Positions 1-8,905 of a DNA stretch of 42,013 nt are shown here, one piece after another (the stretch's first letter is position 1; the number at the start of each line of letters is the position of its first letter). Location: assembly GCA_964348055.1 (NCBI GenBank), contig CAYGBH010000001.1, positions 1 through 42,013 on the forward strand. The letters run 5' to 3'. The DNA comes from an uncultured Pirellulales bacterium (GTDB lineage: Bacteria > Planctomycetota > Phycisphaerae > Sedimentisphaerales > Anaerobacaceae). Under the pieces are notes generated by a model, which worked only from the letters and a program-made list of their open reading frames with translations, was not told where the DNA came from and did no database searches. The position numbers were made by a program, and so were the translations under genes.

Positions 1-1
1 T

Positions 2-1954
2 ACAAAAATGCTTGTTAACGGCCGAGCGGTCAAGCTTCGCGGCGTCTGTCGTCACGAGGCCCATCCCCTGCGCGGACGCAGCTTGACGCCGGAAGTCTGG
101 CGCCGGGATGCGGAAATGATCAAGGCCATGAACTGCAACTTTGTGCGTACATCGCATTATCCGCCAGCCGATGTCTTTCTGAAGCACTGTGACGAACTGG
201 GCCTTTTTGTAGAACTGGAGGCGCCCATCTGCTGGGAACGAGAATACGACCCCAATGTCGTGGAAGCCTATCTCCAGGGCACACATGAGACCGTGGTCCA
301 GGGCTATAATCATCCAAGTGTTATCTTCTGGTCGCTGGGAAATGAATCCAACTGGAATCCGGGCTTTACAGATACACATAATCTCGTGCGTAAGCTGGAT
401 CCCTATCGGCCCGTGATTTTCCATAGTGCCCGTTTGTCTAATGACGACCCCTTATGCGACCTTACCAATGTCCATTATCCGGGCTTGAGCGGACCTCAGG
501 ACCATGCTTCAGTAACCCGTCCTGTCCTCTTTGGGGAATACTGTCACCTGGGCCGCATCAATCGCCAGGAAAAGATTACAGACCCTGGCCTGCGAGACTA
601 TTTCGGTTTTGACTTTGCCGAGATGTGGGACCGGATGTACAATTCGAAAAACGTCGTGGGCGGGGCTATCTGGTGCGGGACCGATGAAGTGTTCTTCTTT
701 GAAGGTACAGAGCACGGTTACGGCTACTGGGGTCCCATCGACGGTTGGCGCCGGGAAAAACCCGAGTACTGGAACATCAAGAAGAGCTATTCACCGATTC
801 GCATTCGAAAGAAGTTCGTGGACATGCCGGCATCCGGCCAACTGGTAACCGTGGATGTGGAAAACCGTTTCGACTTTGCTAATCTCAATGAAATGGACTG
901 CCGGTGGAGCTGTGGTGCTCAGTCAGGTTTTCTTTCACCTGATATTCCGGCCCGGAGCACCGGCACCTTAACGATTCCGGTCACGCGGCAGGACCTAACC
1001 GAAAAGGAGATCGAATTAACCTTCTGTGACCCCACCGGCCTCCTGGTGGACCGCTTTCGTCTGGCCATAGGTCCGCCTGTGCGCCCGGTCTTAACACTGG
1101 CGTCCAAGACCCGGCCTTTGACGCTTACCAGTACCAATACAAGACTCATCATTACCGGAGACAATTTTGCTTGGGAAATCGATAAGAAGACCGCCATGCT
1201 CCTACAAGGCCGATTCGGCGGACAACCGCTCGTAATTGGCGGCCCCTATCTGGATGTGACACCTTTCAAAGTGGGAACCGCCAAACTTACCGGCGAAGCG
1301 ATGCCTTCTTACAATGTGTTTGCGACCCAGTGGAAGGCCACCAACGTGACAACTGCCCGGGAAAACGAGGCCGCGACGATCACGGCCGCCGGAACGTTTG
1401 ATGTGTGTGAGGGAATATTTACATATCGCTTTAACCGCCAAGGCCAGATGATCTTGTCGTACGACTTCACTTACAACAAAGCCGAGAAGATGCGTGAGAT
1501 CGGCTTGGGATTTGATGTCGCCAAGTCCTTTGATAGATTGTTATGGCAACGTAATGCCCAATGGACCACCTACCCGGCCGGTCATATCGGTCGTCCGATG
1601 GGCCAGGCCCGTCCTTATCGCGATGCCAGTTGGCCCGCCGCCGTCAAGTTTGGCCGGCCAGTCTGGCTCTGGGCGATGGACGGCACGGAGCAGGGGGTAA
1701 ATGATTTCCGCGGCACGAAACGGAATATCTACTGGTCCGGCTTAACAGATGACCAAGGCATGGGCGTGTTTGTACATGCCGATGGCACCCAACATCACCG
1801 TTGTTATGTAAATGGTGACTCCATTCGGTTGCTAGTGACGGATTACTGTGGCGCCGGCAATCGCCGTCGGGCGTCCAGCATGTTCAGAGAAATCAAGCCG
1901 GGCTATCGTCTGACCGGAACAGTCACCTTGGAATTAGGAGTTTATCAACCGTGA
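2..1954 (+). CDS. Glycoside hydrolase family 2 (beta-galactosidase/beta-glucuronidase-like), N-terminus cut off by the window edge
   Basis: The frame is open from nt 2 (T-K precede the first Met at 8), so the gene starts upstream of the window. GH2 TIM-barrel signatures are present: 'NCNFVRTSHYPP' and 'NHPSVIFWSLGNES' (acid/base Glu region). About 400 aa of C-terminal domains follow. Confidence 0.9.
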   Translation, partial: TKMLVNGRAVKLRGVCRHEAHPLRGRSLTPEVWRRDAEMIKAMNCNFVRTSHYPPADVFLKHCDELGLFVELEAPICWEREYDPNVVEAYLQGTHETVVQGYNHPSVIFWSLGNESNWNPGFTDTHNLVRKLDPYRPVIFHSARLSNDDPLCDLTNVHYPGLSGPQDHASVTRPVLFGEYCHLGRINRQEKITDPGLRDYFGFDFAEMWDRMYNSKNVVGGAIWCGTDEVFFFEGTEHGYGYWGPIDGWRREKPEYWNIKKSYSPIRIRKKFVDMPASGQLVTVDVENRFDFANLNEMDCRWSCGAQSGFLSPDIPARSTGTLTIPVTRQDLTEKEIELTFCDPTGLLVDRFRLAIGPPVRPVLTLASKTRPLTLTSTNTRLIITGDNFAWEIDKKTAMLLQGRFGGQPLVIGGPYLDVTPFKVGTAKLTGEAMPSYNVFATQWKATNVTTARENEAATITAAGTFDVCEGIFTYRFNRQGQMILSYDFTYNKAEKMREIGLGFDVAKSFDRLLWQRNAQWTTYPAGHIGRPMGQARPYRDASWPAAVKFGRPVWLWAMDGTEQGVNDFRGTKRNIYWSGLTDDQGMGVFVHADGTQHHRCYVNGDSIRLLVTDYCGAGNRRRASSMFREIKPGYRLTGTVTLELGVYQP

Positions 1955-2175
1955 AACTTGAACATCGTTTCCCGTCAGCATAAGTGACACATGATGAGGC
2001 TAAGAAACGGCGGACGATTCCAGAAGAGCAGACCCCACAGCAGAGGCAATCGAAGAGTAGGGAACATGAACGCCGGCCATTGAAAACATTACCATTTTTC
2101 TTGGTTTTTGTAACCATTTGACAATAAAGAGCTTATGGAGCGAGATTTTTTCGAATTGGGAGATAAAGAGTTGTT

Positions 2176-2208
2176 GAGTTGTAGGTGAGTTGTAGGTGAG
2201 TTGTAGGC
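2176..2208. repeat. Tandem 11-bp direct repeat, 3 copies (gagttgtaggt x2, then gagttgtaggc), preceded by a degenerate partial copy (gagttgtt)
   Basis: Read directly: 2176-2186, 2187-2197, 2198-2208. It lies in the non-coding stretch between the GH2 stop and the FGE-like fragment. Confidence 0.85.
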
Positions 2209-2321
2209 TTTCAAGTTGCGAAAATGGGGTCATTTTGGGGATGCTTCATGCGCGGCCCAGTACGCCGAAAGGTCGGTGGGACTGGTCCGAGGAATTTTGG
2301 CAAGGAAGGAGGTCGTCTTGA

Positions 2322-2504
2322 AGTAACCGCTACACTTTTGCATTCTGGCTGTTTAGCTTCTGTTTCATCAAGCGACCCAAAGAAGGAAAACGCCAATTGC
2401 TTTCACCCGATCTTCGTATCGCACATACGCCGCCCAATACTTGGGGACTTTATGATATGCATAGAAACATCGAGGAATGGTGCATGGGCTGGTATGGACC
2501 ATAA
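2322..2504 (+). pseudogene. Decayed fragment of a formylglycine-generating-enzyme (FGE/SUMF1-type sulfatase-modifying) domain gene
   Basis: The frame starting at 2322 reads '...TPPNTWGLYDMHRNIEEWCMGWYGP*'. This closely resembles the conserved FGE-sulfatase core 'PN.(F/W)GLYDMHGNVWEWC.DWY'. The frame is only 60 codons long, bounded by stops at 2319-2321 and 2502-2504, with no start codon or N-terminal domain. A weak continuation ('GPG...VRG...LFRPSHQ') is seen in another frame downstream. Confidence 0.4.
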
Positions 2505-2730
2505 CCGTTTGTTGGATAAGGTCCCGGGATTTGTGATGTCAGAGGCATAGACCTTGCCGGCTCTATGGTCGGCAACAGACAGGATCTTTTTCGACCTTCT
2601 CATCAATACCATCCTCTCGCTGTCCGACCTTTAGGGCTATCTCCTGTCCAGACTGGTCAGTTCCCCTTTCTTGCCGAGGCAAAGCTGCCATCCACAAACG
2701 CTGAATTCAATATAATGACGAAACTTAGGA

Positions 2731-3837
2731 TCAATATCCCTGAATATCCAGATTTGTGAGCCCTGCATCCTTTGCCCACTTGATGGCCTCAGCATATTCT
2801 TCGCGGGTTATCCTACGGGAAATCTCTGGATACTCAAATGCTTTATACATCGGCCTGTACTGCGACATAATGTTAAGATAAGTATCTTCGGGGAGGTTTT
2901 GAGCTATCCATTCAATCACCTTCTTTGTTCCAGCAACTCTATTTGGCATAACTAAATGACGTATCATCAACCCTCTATACATGAGACCATCACTGGCAGC
3001 TTTTGCTACTCCCACCTGACGGTGCATTTCGAGGAGAGCTGCTTTGGTAATTTCTGGATAGGTCTCTGCAGCCGATGAGTATTTTGCTGCCATTTTACCA
3101 TCCGAGTACTTGAAGTCAGGCAGGTAAATATCGACGATGCCATCGAGCTTTTTCAATATCTCCACGCGCTCCCATCCGCAGGTATTGTACACCAGAGGAA
3201 GTCGCAAACCTTTGCCTGCGGCAATATCAACTGCAAGAACAATATGCGGAGAGTAATGGGTCGGTGTAACAAAATTGATGTTAGGGCATCCCCTTTCTTG
3301 AAGGCTGAGCATCATCTCTGCCATATTTTCAATGCTTCGGGGATATCCTTGTCCTCCCTGGCTGATTTCCCAGTTTATGCAAAAGACGCATCTTAGCCCG
3401 CAATTGGTCAAAAATATGGTTCCGGAACCTCCTTTGCCCACAAGAGGTTCTTCCTCTCCGAAATGCGGGTGATATGCGGAAATCTCTAATTGGGAAGTAG
3501 CCTGGCAGAACCCCTTATTCCCTGCAAGTTTATTGACGCCACACTTTCTGGGGCAAAGCTTACAACTTTTCATTATGTTCCATAGCTCTTCTCCTCTTTT
3601 CTTCAACTCTCCACTTCTGTGTAGTCTCGAATAAGGGGGCTCGAAATCCGGATCAATCCCAGCTTTTACTCCAACTATAATCTGCTCTTTCTTATGAGGG
3701 TCACGGATTTCAAGCGGGGATATTGGTTTTTCCCTTTTTTTGCATCCCTGGCAAAAGGAGATAAAAGCAGAGCTTAACCCTGAGATTGCCAAATCAAAAC
3801 ATGATTTAATGAATTTTCTTCTCGATTGTTGCTTCAT
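2731..3837 (-). CDS. PflX-type (COG1313-like) radical SAM protein with a twin-arginine (Tat) type N-terminal leader
   Basis: It has the radical SAM cluster motif 'CGLRCVFC' within 'GSGTIFLTNCGLRCVFCINWEIS'. An upstream Cys-rich motif 'CKLCPRKCGVNKLAGNKGFC' is typical of PflX-like activase homologs. The listed ORF start at 3858 is TTG; the ATG at 3837 gives 'MKQQSRRKFIKSCFDLAISGLSSAFISF', where 'SRRKFIK' matches the Tat consensus S/T-R-R-x-F-L-K. Confidence 0.85.
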   Translation of the reverse strand: MKQQSRRKFIKSCFDLAISGLSSAFISFCQGCKKREKPISPLEIRDPHKKEQIIVGVKAGIDPDFEPPYSRLHRSGELKKRGEELWNIMKSCKLCPRKCGVNKLAGNKGFCQATSQLEISAYHPHFGEEEPLVGKGGSGTIFLTNCGLRCVFCINWEISQGGQGYPRSIENMAEMMLSLQERGCPNINFVTPTHYSPHIVLAVDIAAGKGLRLPLVYNTCGWERVEILKKLDGIVDIYLPDFKYSDGKMAAKYSSAAETYPEITKAALLEMHRQVGVAKAASDGLMYRGLMIRHLVMPNRVAGTKKVIEWIAQNLPEDTYLNIMSQYRPMYKAFEYPEISRRITREEYAEAIKWAKDAGLTNLDIQGY

Positions 3838-4594
3838 TTTGAGCTTAGCCCTACCCAATCAATCCCGGACACTCGCGGAACAGTGCGACGGTGTGGTCTG
3901 ATCCATCTCAAGCTTCTGCCCTTGCCCTGAGCATTCGGGTCCGTCGCATCCGTTGCGCTATCCTCCGCCCAGACCAGGAGGTAGTGTATCACAATCTAAG
4001 TGTCTTGGCAATAGGGAAGTCAGAAGAGCCATTTTCTCAAACCCACACTGAAGTTTCTTAAACAGGCGGTTCTTGATTATCCATATAAAAGCCCCTGCGC
4101 TGCGGAGGGAGAGGAAAAAGCGAGATATCGCGCAGGAGCTTGATGACTAAGGTTACGTGTCAATTATAATCCTTTTAGCCTGTTGGATCAAGTTCTTTTG
4201 CAAATATTTGGTCCACTGCATGCCACAAAATCGTATCAACATTCGTATATACTTTGTTTGTCGGACTTGGCGAGGCGTGCTCTAATATTGTGAACGAGAT
4301 TGCAACGGCACTTATGAAGAACTCAAAGTCAAATACTAAAACCTCTGTTGCTATAAATTTTTTGAGGCATCCTGTTACGACACATCAGCCAACGTTCATA
4401 GCTTCTCTGGACAGCTTTTCGGATTCACGATACAATTATAATGGACATTCTGAATCTGCCAATGCAACCCATTAAGACCGAAAGGAGCAATAATGAGAGA
4501 TACACAAGAACCAAGCCGTGGCAATCGAGAGACAAGCCTCTCCGGCACCAGCGATATGGAATCGATTGCAGCTTCGGCATGGACCTTCTTGAAA

Positions 4595-6100
4595 ATGGAA
4601 TGGCGAAGTGTCCTGCGCATATTTCTGGGACTCCTGATCACTTTGACATGGAGCAATTCCACTTTTGCTCAGATTGCCATCGATGGGCGCTATTGGAAAT
4701 ATGATGGCCAGCGCGTACTGTTGCTCGGCGGTTGGAATCACGGGCATAATCCGTTTATCGATCATGACACTGACAACGACAAAGATAATAAAGGTGTGAG
4801 TACCGCCGCACAAATTAAAAACGCCATGGATGAGTTAGTAGCCGCAGGTGGGAACTATCTTCGGTGTGTACTCGATCCGGGGATGGCAGCCGGAATACAG
4901 GGATTTGACTTCTGCGCTAATACAGGTACTCAGTACGACCTAAACACAATGACCGGCCCATTCTGGACGCGTCTGGAGATGTTTATAGCCGAAGCCAATA
5001 ATCGGAATGTCATTGTTCAGATAGAACTCTGGGACAGATTTGATTTGATCGATGGCAGTTGGGGATCCTGGCCTGTGAGTCCATGGAATCCGAAAAACAA
5101 CATTAACTATACGAGGGAATCGTCGGGCCTAGCAACATCGTACCGCTCATTCAGCGACCATCCCTTCATTCAGGGAGTGCCAGGACATCCAAAATATGAG
5201 AATGCATCAGGCTCCAGGAAGCAGAAGTATGACTTGGTCCGAAGTTTTCAGGACAAATTTGTTAACAGATTACTCTCAATTACGCTGGGTTACAACAACG
5301 TGCTCTATTGCATGAATAATGAAACGCATGAAGATCCAGCATGGGGACAGTACTGGATGAACTTCATTGAAGGCAAAGCAAGGGCCCAAGGCAAGAGTGT
5401 GTCAACTACAGATATGTTTAATGATGTCTACAGGGCAGAAAGCTCTCGAGGCCTTACTTATCAGCTAAGCCATCGAGGCAAATACGGCTATGTCGATGCG
5501 TCTCAGGCCAACAGCAGGCACGCGGACGAAGCACATTGGAACAAAGTAAAATGGATGGCCGACGCGGCCAGGGACACGGATCCCCCGTATCTGCTGCATA
5601 TGACGAAAATATATGGAAATGATATTGCCTTAGACAGCAAACCTTGGAGCAGATTCAAGCCGGGAGATACTGACAACGCGATCGAAGAATGGTGGCGCAA
5701 TCTGATAGCCGGCGTGGCCGGAGTGAGGTTTCATCGTCCTACCTCAGGGATAGGTTTGTACGCTGCGGCGAAGAACTGCATTATTGCAACGAGGAAGACC
5801 GAAACCAAGGTGAAGTTTTGGGACGTCGAGCCCAGGCTGGATCTGCTGACAGACCGGCAGTTGGATGAGGCTTACTTAGCGGCCGATCCGGGGAAGGCTT
5901 ATATCCTCTATTTCACAAAGAATGGCGGCGGGTCAGTCGGTTTGAAGTTGGACAGTTATCCAGATACGACGTTTGGACTTCGCTGGGTCAATATCGGCAC
6001 AGGTAACTGGGGATCAACCGCAACCATATCCGGCGGAAGCACGGTCACCATTAACCGCCCAAATGGTTCTTCGCATTGGGTCGCGACAATCGTCAGGTGA
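4595..6100 (+). CDS. Secreted putative glycoside hydrolase (TIM-barrel, GH5-clan/DUF4038-like) with a C-terminal beta-sandwich domain
   Basis: The ORF is 4493..6100. The Met at 4595 starts a good signal peptide, 'MEWRSVLRIFLGLLITLTWSNSTFAQ'. 'NVLYCMNNETHED' is a candidate NE acid/base motif. The C-terminus 'AYILYFTKNGGGSVGLKLD...LRWVNIGTGNWGS' resembles the collagen-binding-like tail of DUF4038/GH140-type proteins, as I recall it. Family assignment is tentative. Confidence 0.7.
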   Translation: MEWRSVLRIFLGLLITLTWSNSTFAQIAIDGRYWKYDGQRVLLLGGWNHGHNPFIDHDTDNDKDNKGVSTAAQIKNAMDELVAAGGNYLRCVLDPGMAAGIQGFDFCANTGTQYDLNTMTGPFWTRLEMFIAEANNRNVIVQIELWDRFDLIDGSWGSWPVSPWNPKNNINYTRESSGLATSYRSFSDHPFIQGVPGHPKYENASGSRKQKYDLVRSFQDKFVNRLLSITLGYNNVLYCMNNETHEDPAWGQYWMNFIEGKARAQGKSVSTTDMFNDVYRAESSRGLTYQLSHRGKYGYVDASQANSRHADEAHWNKVKWMADAARDTDPPYLLHMTKIYGNDIALDSKPWSRFKPGDTDNAIEEWWRNLIAGVAGVRFHRPTSGIGLYAAAKNCIIATRKTETKVKFWDVEPRLDLLTDRQLDEAYLAADPGKAYILYFTKNGGGSVGLKLDSYPDTTFGLRWVNIGTGNWGSTATISGGSTVTINRPNGSSHWVATIVR

Positions 6101-6501
6101 AAAACCAAGAAAAGGGAATACGCCAACGACCGAACAAGTACACACGCAATCCCGTCTGCATACCAAGCCAACGTTCGGAACTATAGGCGCTCTATGATGC
6201 TGGAATTCCAAACAACGACATTCCGACAGCCGAGTAGATGCAATGTCACACTGAGTCTTACAGGGAAGGTACGCCCAGCGAGGTGGGATCAATTGCAGGA
6301 TGGTTGTATTTGTCGACTAACGAGAAGAGTCCAAGTTTGCGGAGTGCCCGGTGCGGATATTACATGATGTTATATCTCCGAAGACTCAATTCCGGCCATA
6401 AAGTGTCTTGTCATGCGGACCTTCGCATGATACAGTACAATCACTCCTGTGGAAATGTCAGGAATTTGGCGAATTTGTATCTTTTCTTCCGGGAAGACAA
6501 G

Positions 6502-8058
6502 ATGAACAGAAGACAGTTTTTGAAATCCACAGCGGCTACAGCGACGGCCTTATTTGCCAGCTGCGCAGTGGACGAAAATGCAATAAATAATCGAACTGGC
6601 AAGAAGCTCGCCGGTTCAAGACCTAACATCGTATTCATTCTCAGCGACGACATGGGCTGGGCTGAACCCGGCTTCAATGGTGGCAACCCCGAACTCACCT
6701 GCAATATTGACCGGCTTGCATCTGATGGTCTTAGGCTCACCCAGTTCTACACCCACTCTGTCTGCGCGCCTACCCGCGGCGCCTTTTTGACAGGTCGCTA
6801 TGCCTTCCGCAACTGGATGGACTGGCGCAGCGAAGACTTCGGCAAACCCAGCTATCTCGAAAAGCTCGGCCTGACTCTTGCCCACAACGACGAGGGTGTC
6901 CCCACTCGTCGTATCCATGCTCTCGACGCAAACGAACGGACCATCGCTGAAGCCCTCAAGGAAGCGGGCTACTTCACCGCAATCATCGGGAAATGGCATG
7001 CAGGCGAATGGCTGAAGGAACACCTGCCGATGCAGCAGGGCTTCATGCACCAATACGGCCACTACGCCTGGGGCATCGACTATTATGACAAAATGATCCC
7101 GCACAACGCACCGGCGCGTTTTGTCGTGTACGACTGGCACCGAAATGAACAACCAATCCAGGAGGAGGGCTATACCACCGACCTTATCTCCGCGGAAGCT
7201 GAGCGTCTCATCGCCAAACAGAGTAAGGAGCAGCCGTTTTTCCTCTACATACCGTTCAATGCCGTTCACGGGCCAATCGATCGGGTTCCCCGATACACAG
7301 ACAAATACACCGCTCGTGAAGCCGCCCTGAAGTGTTTCGATGACGCCCTTGGACGCATCATGGCTGCACTGAAAAAACACGGCTTTGCCGACAGCACCTT
7401 GCTTGTCTTCACCAACGACAATGGCGGCCTTACCGAGGAGATGAACAAACCTTATCGCGGCACAAAGAACACCACGTTCGAAGGTGGAGTACGCGTGCCT
7501 TGCATCATTCGCTGGCCGGGGCATACTCAGCCCGGCACCGTCAACGACGGAATGATGTTCATTGCCGATTTCTTCACGACCTTCATCACCATCGCGGGGG
7601 GCCGCCACGAGCAGGAACTCCCTGTCGACAGTCTCGATATGACCGGCATGCTCTTCCGTGGTGAGCCTAGTCCACGCGATGAAATCGTCTTTGAAGTCAC
7701 TGGCAGCGTCCGCATCCCTACCATCCGCAAGGGTGACTATAAACTCATGGGAAAACTCCTTTACAACATCAAGACAGACCCCTACGAGACGACCAACATC
7801 GCCGCCCAGCATCCGGACATTGTCAAACGGCTTCGCGCCCGCCTTTTGGAAGTCGATGCCGAGCGTCCGCCGCTGGGAGACAAGCCGCTCCTGATGAAAC
7901 CGCCGCTGCCTTACGTCTATGGAATCGAAGAGAATGAGACCCCGCCCGATTGGTTGAAAGAAGCCGTAGACAGAATCCGCGCCACGCAGCCGAAGGAATG
8001 GGCTCCTGGAGAGACGCCGTGGCCGCAGGCCCCAAAGGCTCCGCTCGGAAGCCTGTAA
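6502..8058 (+). CDS. Cys-type sulfatase (arylsulfatase family) with a Tat leader and a lipobox-like site
   Basis: It carries the sulfatase signature 'SVCAPTRGAFLTGRY' (C-x-P-x-R; Cys codon at 6763-6765) and the metal-site motif 'NIVFILSDDMGW'. The ORF is open from 6238, but the ATG at 6502 gives 'MNRRQFLKSTAATATALFASCAV' (RRxFLK Tat motif, then FASC). Confidence 0.93.
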   Translation: MNRRQFLKSTAATATALFASCAVDENAINNRTGKKLAGSRPNIVFILSDDMGWAEPGFNGGNPELTCNIDRLASDGLRLTQFYTHSVCAPTRGAFLTGRYAFRNWMDWRSEDFGKPSYLEKLGLTLAHNDEGVPTRRIHALDANERTIAEALKEAGYFTAIIGKWHAGEWLKEHLPMQQGFMHQYGHYAWGIDYYDKMIPHNAPARFVVYDWHRNEQPIQEEGYTTDLISAEAERLIAKQSKEQPFFLYIPFNAVHGPIDRVPRYTDKYTAREAALKCFDDALGRIMAALKKHGFADSTLLVFTNDNGGLTEEMNKPYRGTKNTTFEGGVRVPCIIRWPGHTQPGTVNDGMMFIADFFTTFITIAGGRHEQELPVDSLDMTGMLFRGEPSPRDEIVFEVTGSVRIPTIRKGDYKLMGKLLYNIKTDPYETTNIAAQHPDIVKRLRARLLEVDAERPPLGDKPLLMKPPLPYVYGIEENETPPDWLKEAVDRIRATQPKEWAPGETPWPQAPKAPLGSL

Positions 8059-8905
8059 ATAAAACAACACCCTGCTAATCCAACAACGTCACTAAAGGAA
8101 CCGGGCCGGACATTGAATCCTAAGTTTGCTGAAACCTTTTTTGAAAAACACATTTTCCGTCGAAAATCTAATATTTTATGCCTTCACAACTCATTAAATC
8201 CGACATCTGTGGAGTCAGATCGGAGACATGAATATATCGAAGAATATTGACATTTTGCAACTTTATGGGAAGGGTGACATGTGATACAAATCGTGTAAGA
8301 TTTGTGCAAGAGTTTTTGAAGAACAAGCTTACAATTTTTACAGGCGACCTACAGGTTATGTTCACGCCCTCTTCCTTATTATGACCGCAAGACTATCGCA
8401 TTACTCGTGTGTCAACGGTTGGGACGTTCCAAGGCCACTACTGACAAAAGGGTCTGCCATGAGCCACTATCCATAAACAAAAGGTGCTGGATAGAGTCAC
8501 TGCGGGACTTTCTGCAGAGGGACGACCGTCAATCTGTAAATGTGATGATTGTCTAGCGGTGCAAAAGCAACCATTCCGACCATATCTGAAATTCAGGGCC
8601 GGAAATAATAGTTTGATTTGAATCTGCCAAAAACCTATACTGGTCTCTAAATAGACTACCTGTGCGTCTTTGAGCAAGTCTGCTTTTTGGCATTTTGAGC
8701 AACCTATAAGGACGGAGTTGAAGCACTCCATCCTAACTATAGCACGAGCAGACTCGACGTTTGCGTCTCAGCGCTATTTCTATTTAAGATGAGAAACGGC
8801 TGACGTTTTGCGGATACGCGAGATCGCGGCAAGGACAAGGCAATGAAGAAGCCGCACTGCGATCATACAATGAATTGATAAAGAGTCCTGATGGGAGAAA
8901 ATTTT

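Noticed and set aside
2176-2208. Treating the short tandem repeats here and at 17000..17034 as CRISPR arrays
   Set aside because: The units are 11-12 bp and directly abutting with no spacers. There are only about 3 copies and no cas genes.
2731-3837. Interpreting the Tat-leader radical SAM as an anaerobic sulfatase-maturating enzyme for the neighbouring sulfatase
   Set aside because: It lacks the C-terminal SPASM auxiliary-cluster Cys motifs that define anSMEs. Its N-terminal CxxCxxxC...C motif and overall layout match PflX-type activase homologs instead.
4493-4594. The upstream extension of the hydrolase ORF (34 extra N-terminal residues from the Met at 4493)
   Set aside because: The extension is hydrophilic and would bury the signal peptide, which begins at the Met at 4595. 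I prefer the 4595 start, although I see no strong Shine-Dalgarno site at either.
6613-6623. A tRNA T-loop-like string, ggttcaagacc
   Set aside because: It lies inside the sulfatase coding frame with no cloverleaf-compatible flanks. I found no tRNA or rRNA anywhere in the window.
6616-8070. A 484-aa ORF on the minus strand covering almost the whole sulfatase gene
   Set aside because: It is an antisense shadow ORF in a GC-rich gene. The plus frame carries unambiguous sulfatase motifs (CAPTR, SDDMGW). The minus-frame product is Arg/Gly/Val-rich with no motif I recognise.
8430-8600. A possible cobalamin riboswitch, looked for because the window encodes two B12-dependent radical SAMs
   Set aside because: There are only scattered short resemblances (ggtgc, caatctgtaa). 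I saw no B12-box-like core or conserved GGGAA/GCCACTG arrangement. It lies upstream of an esterase gene, not a B12-related one.
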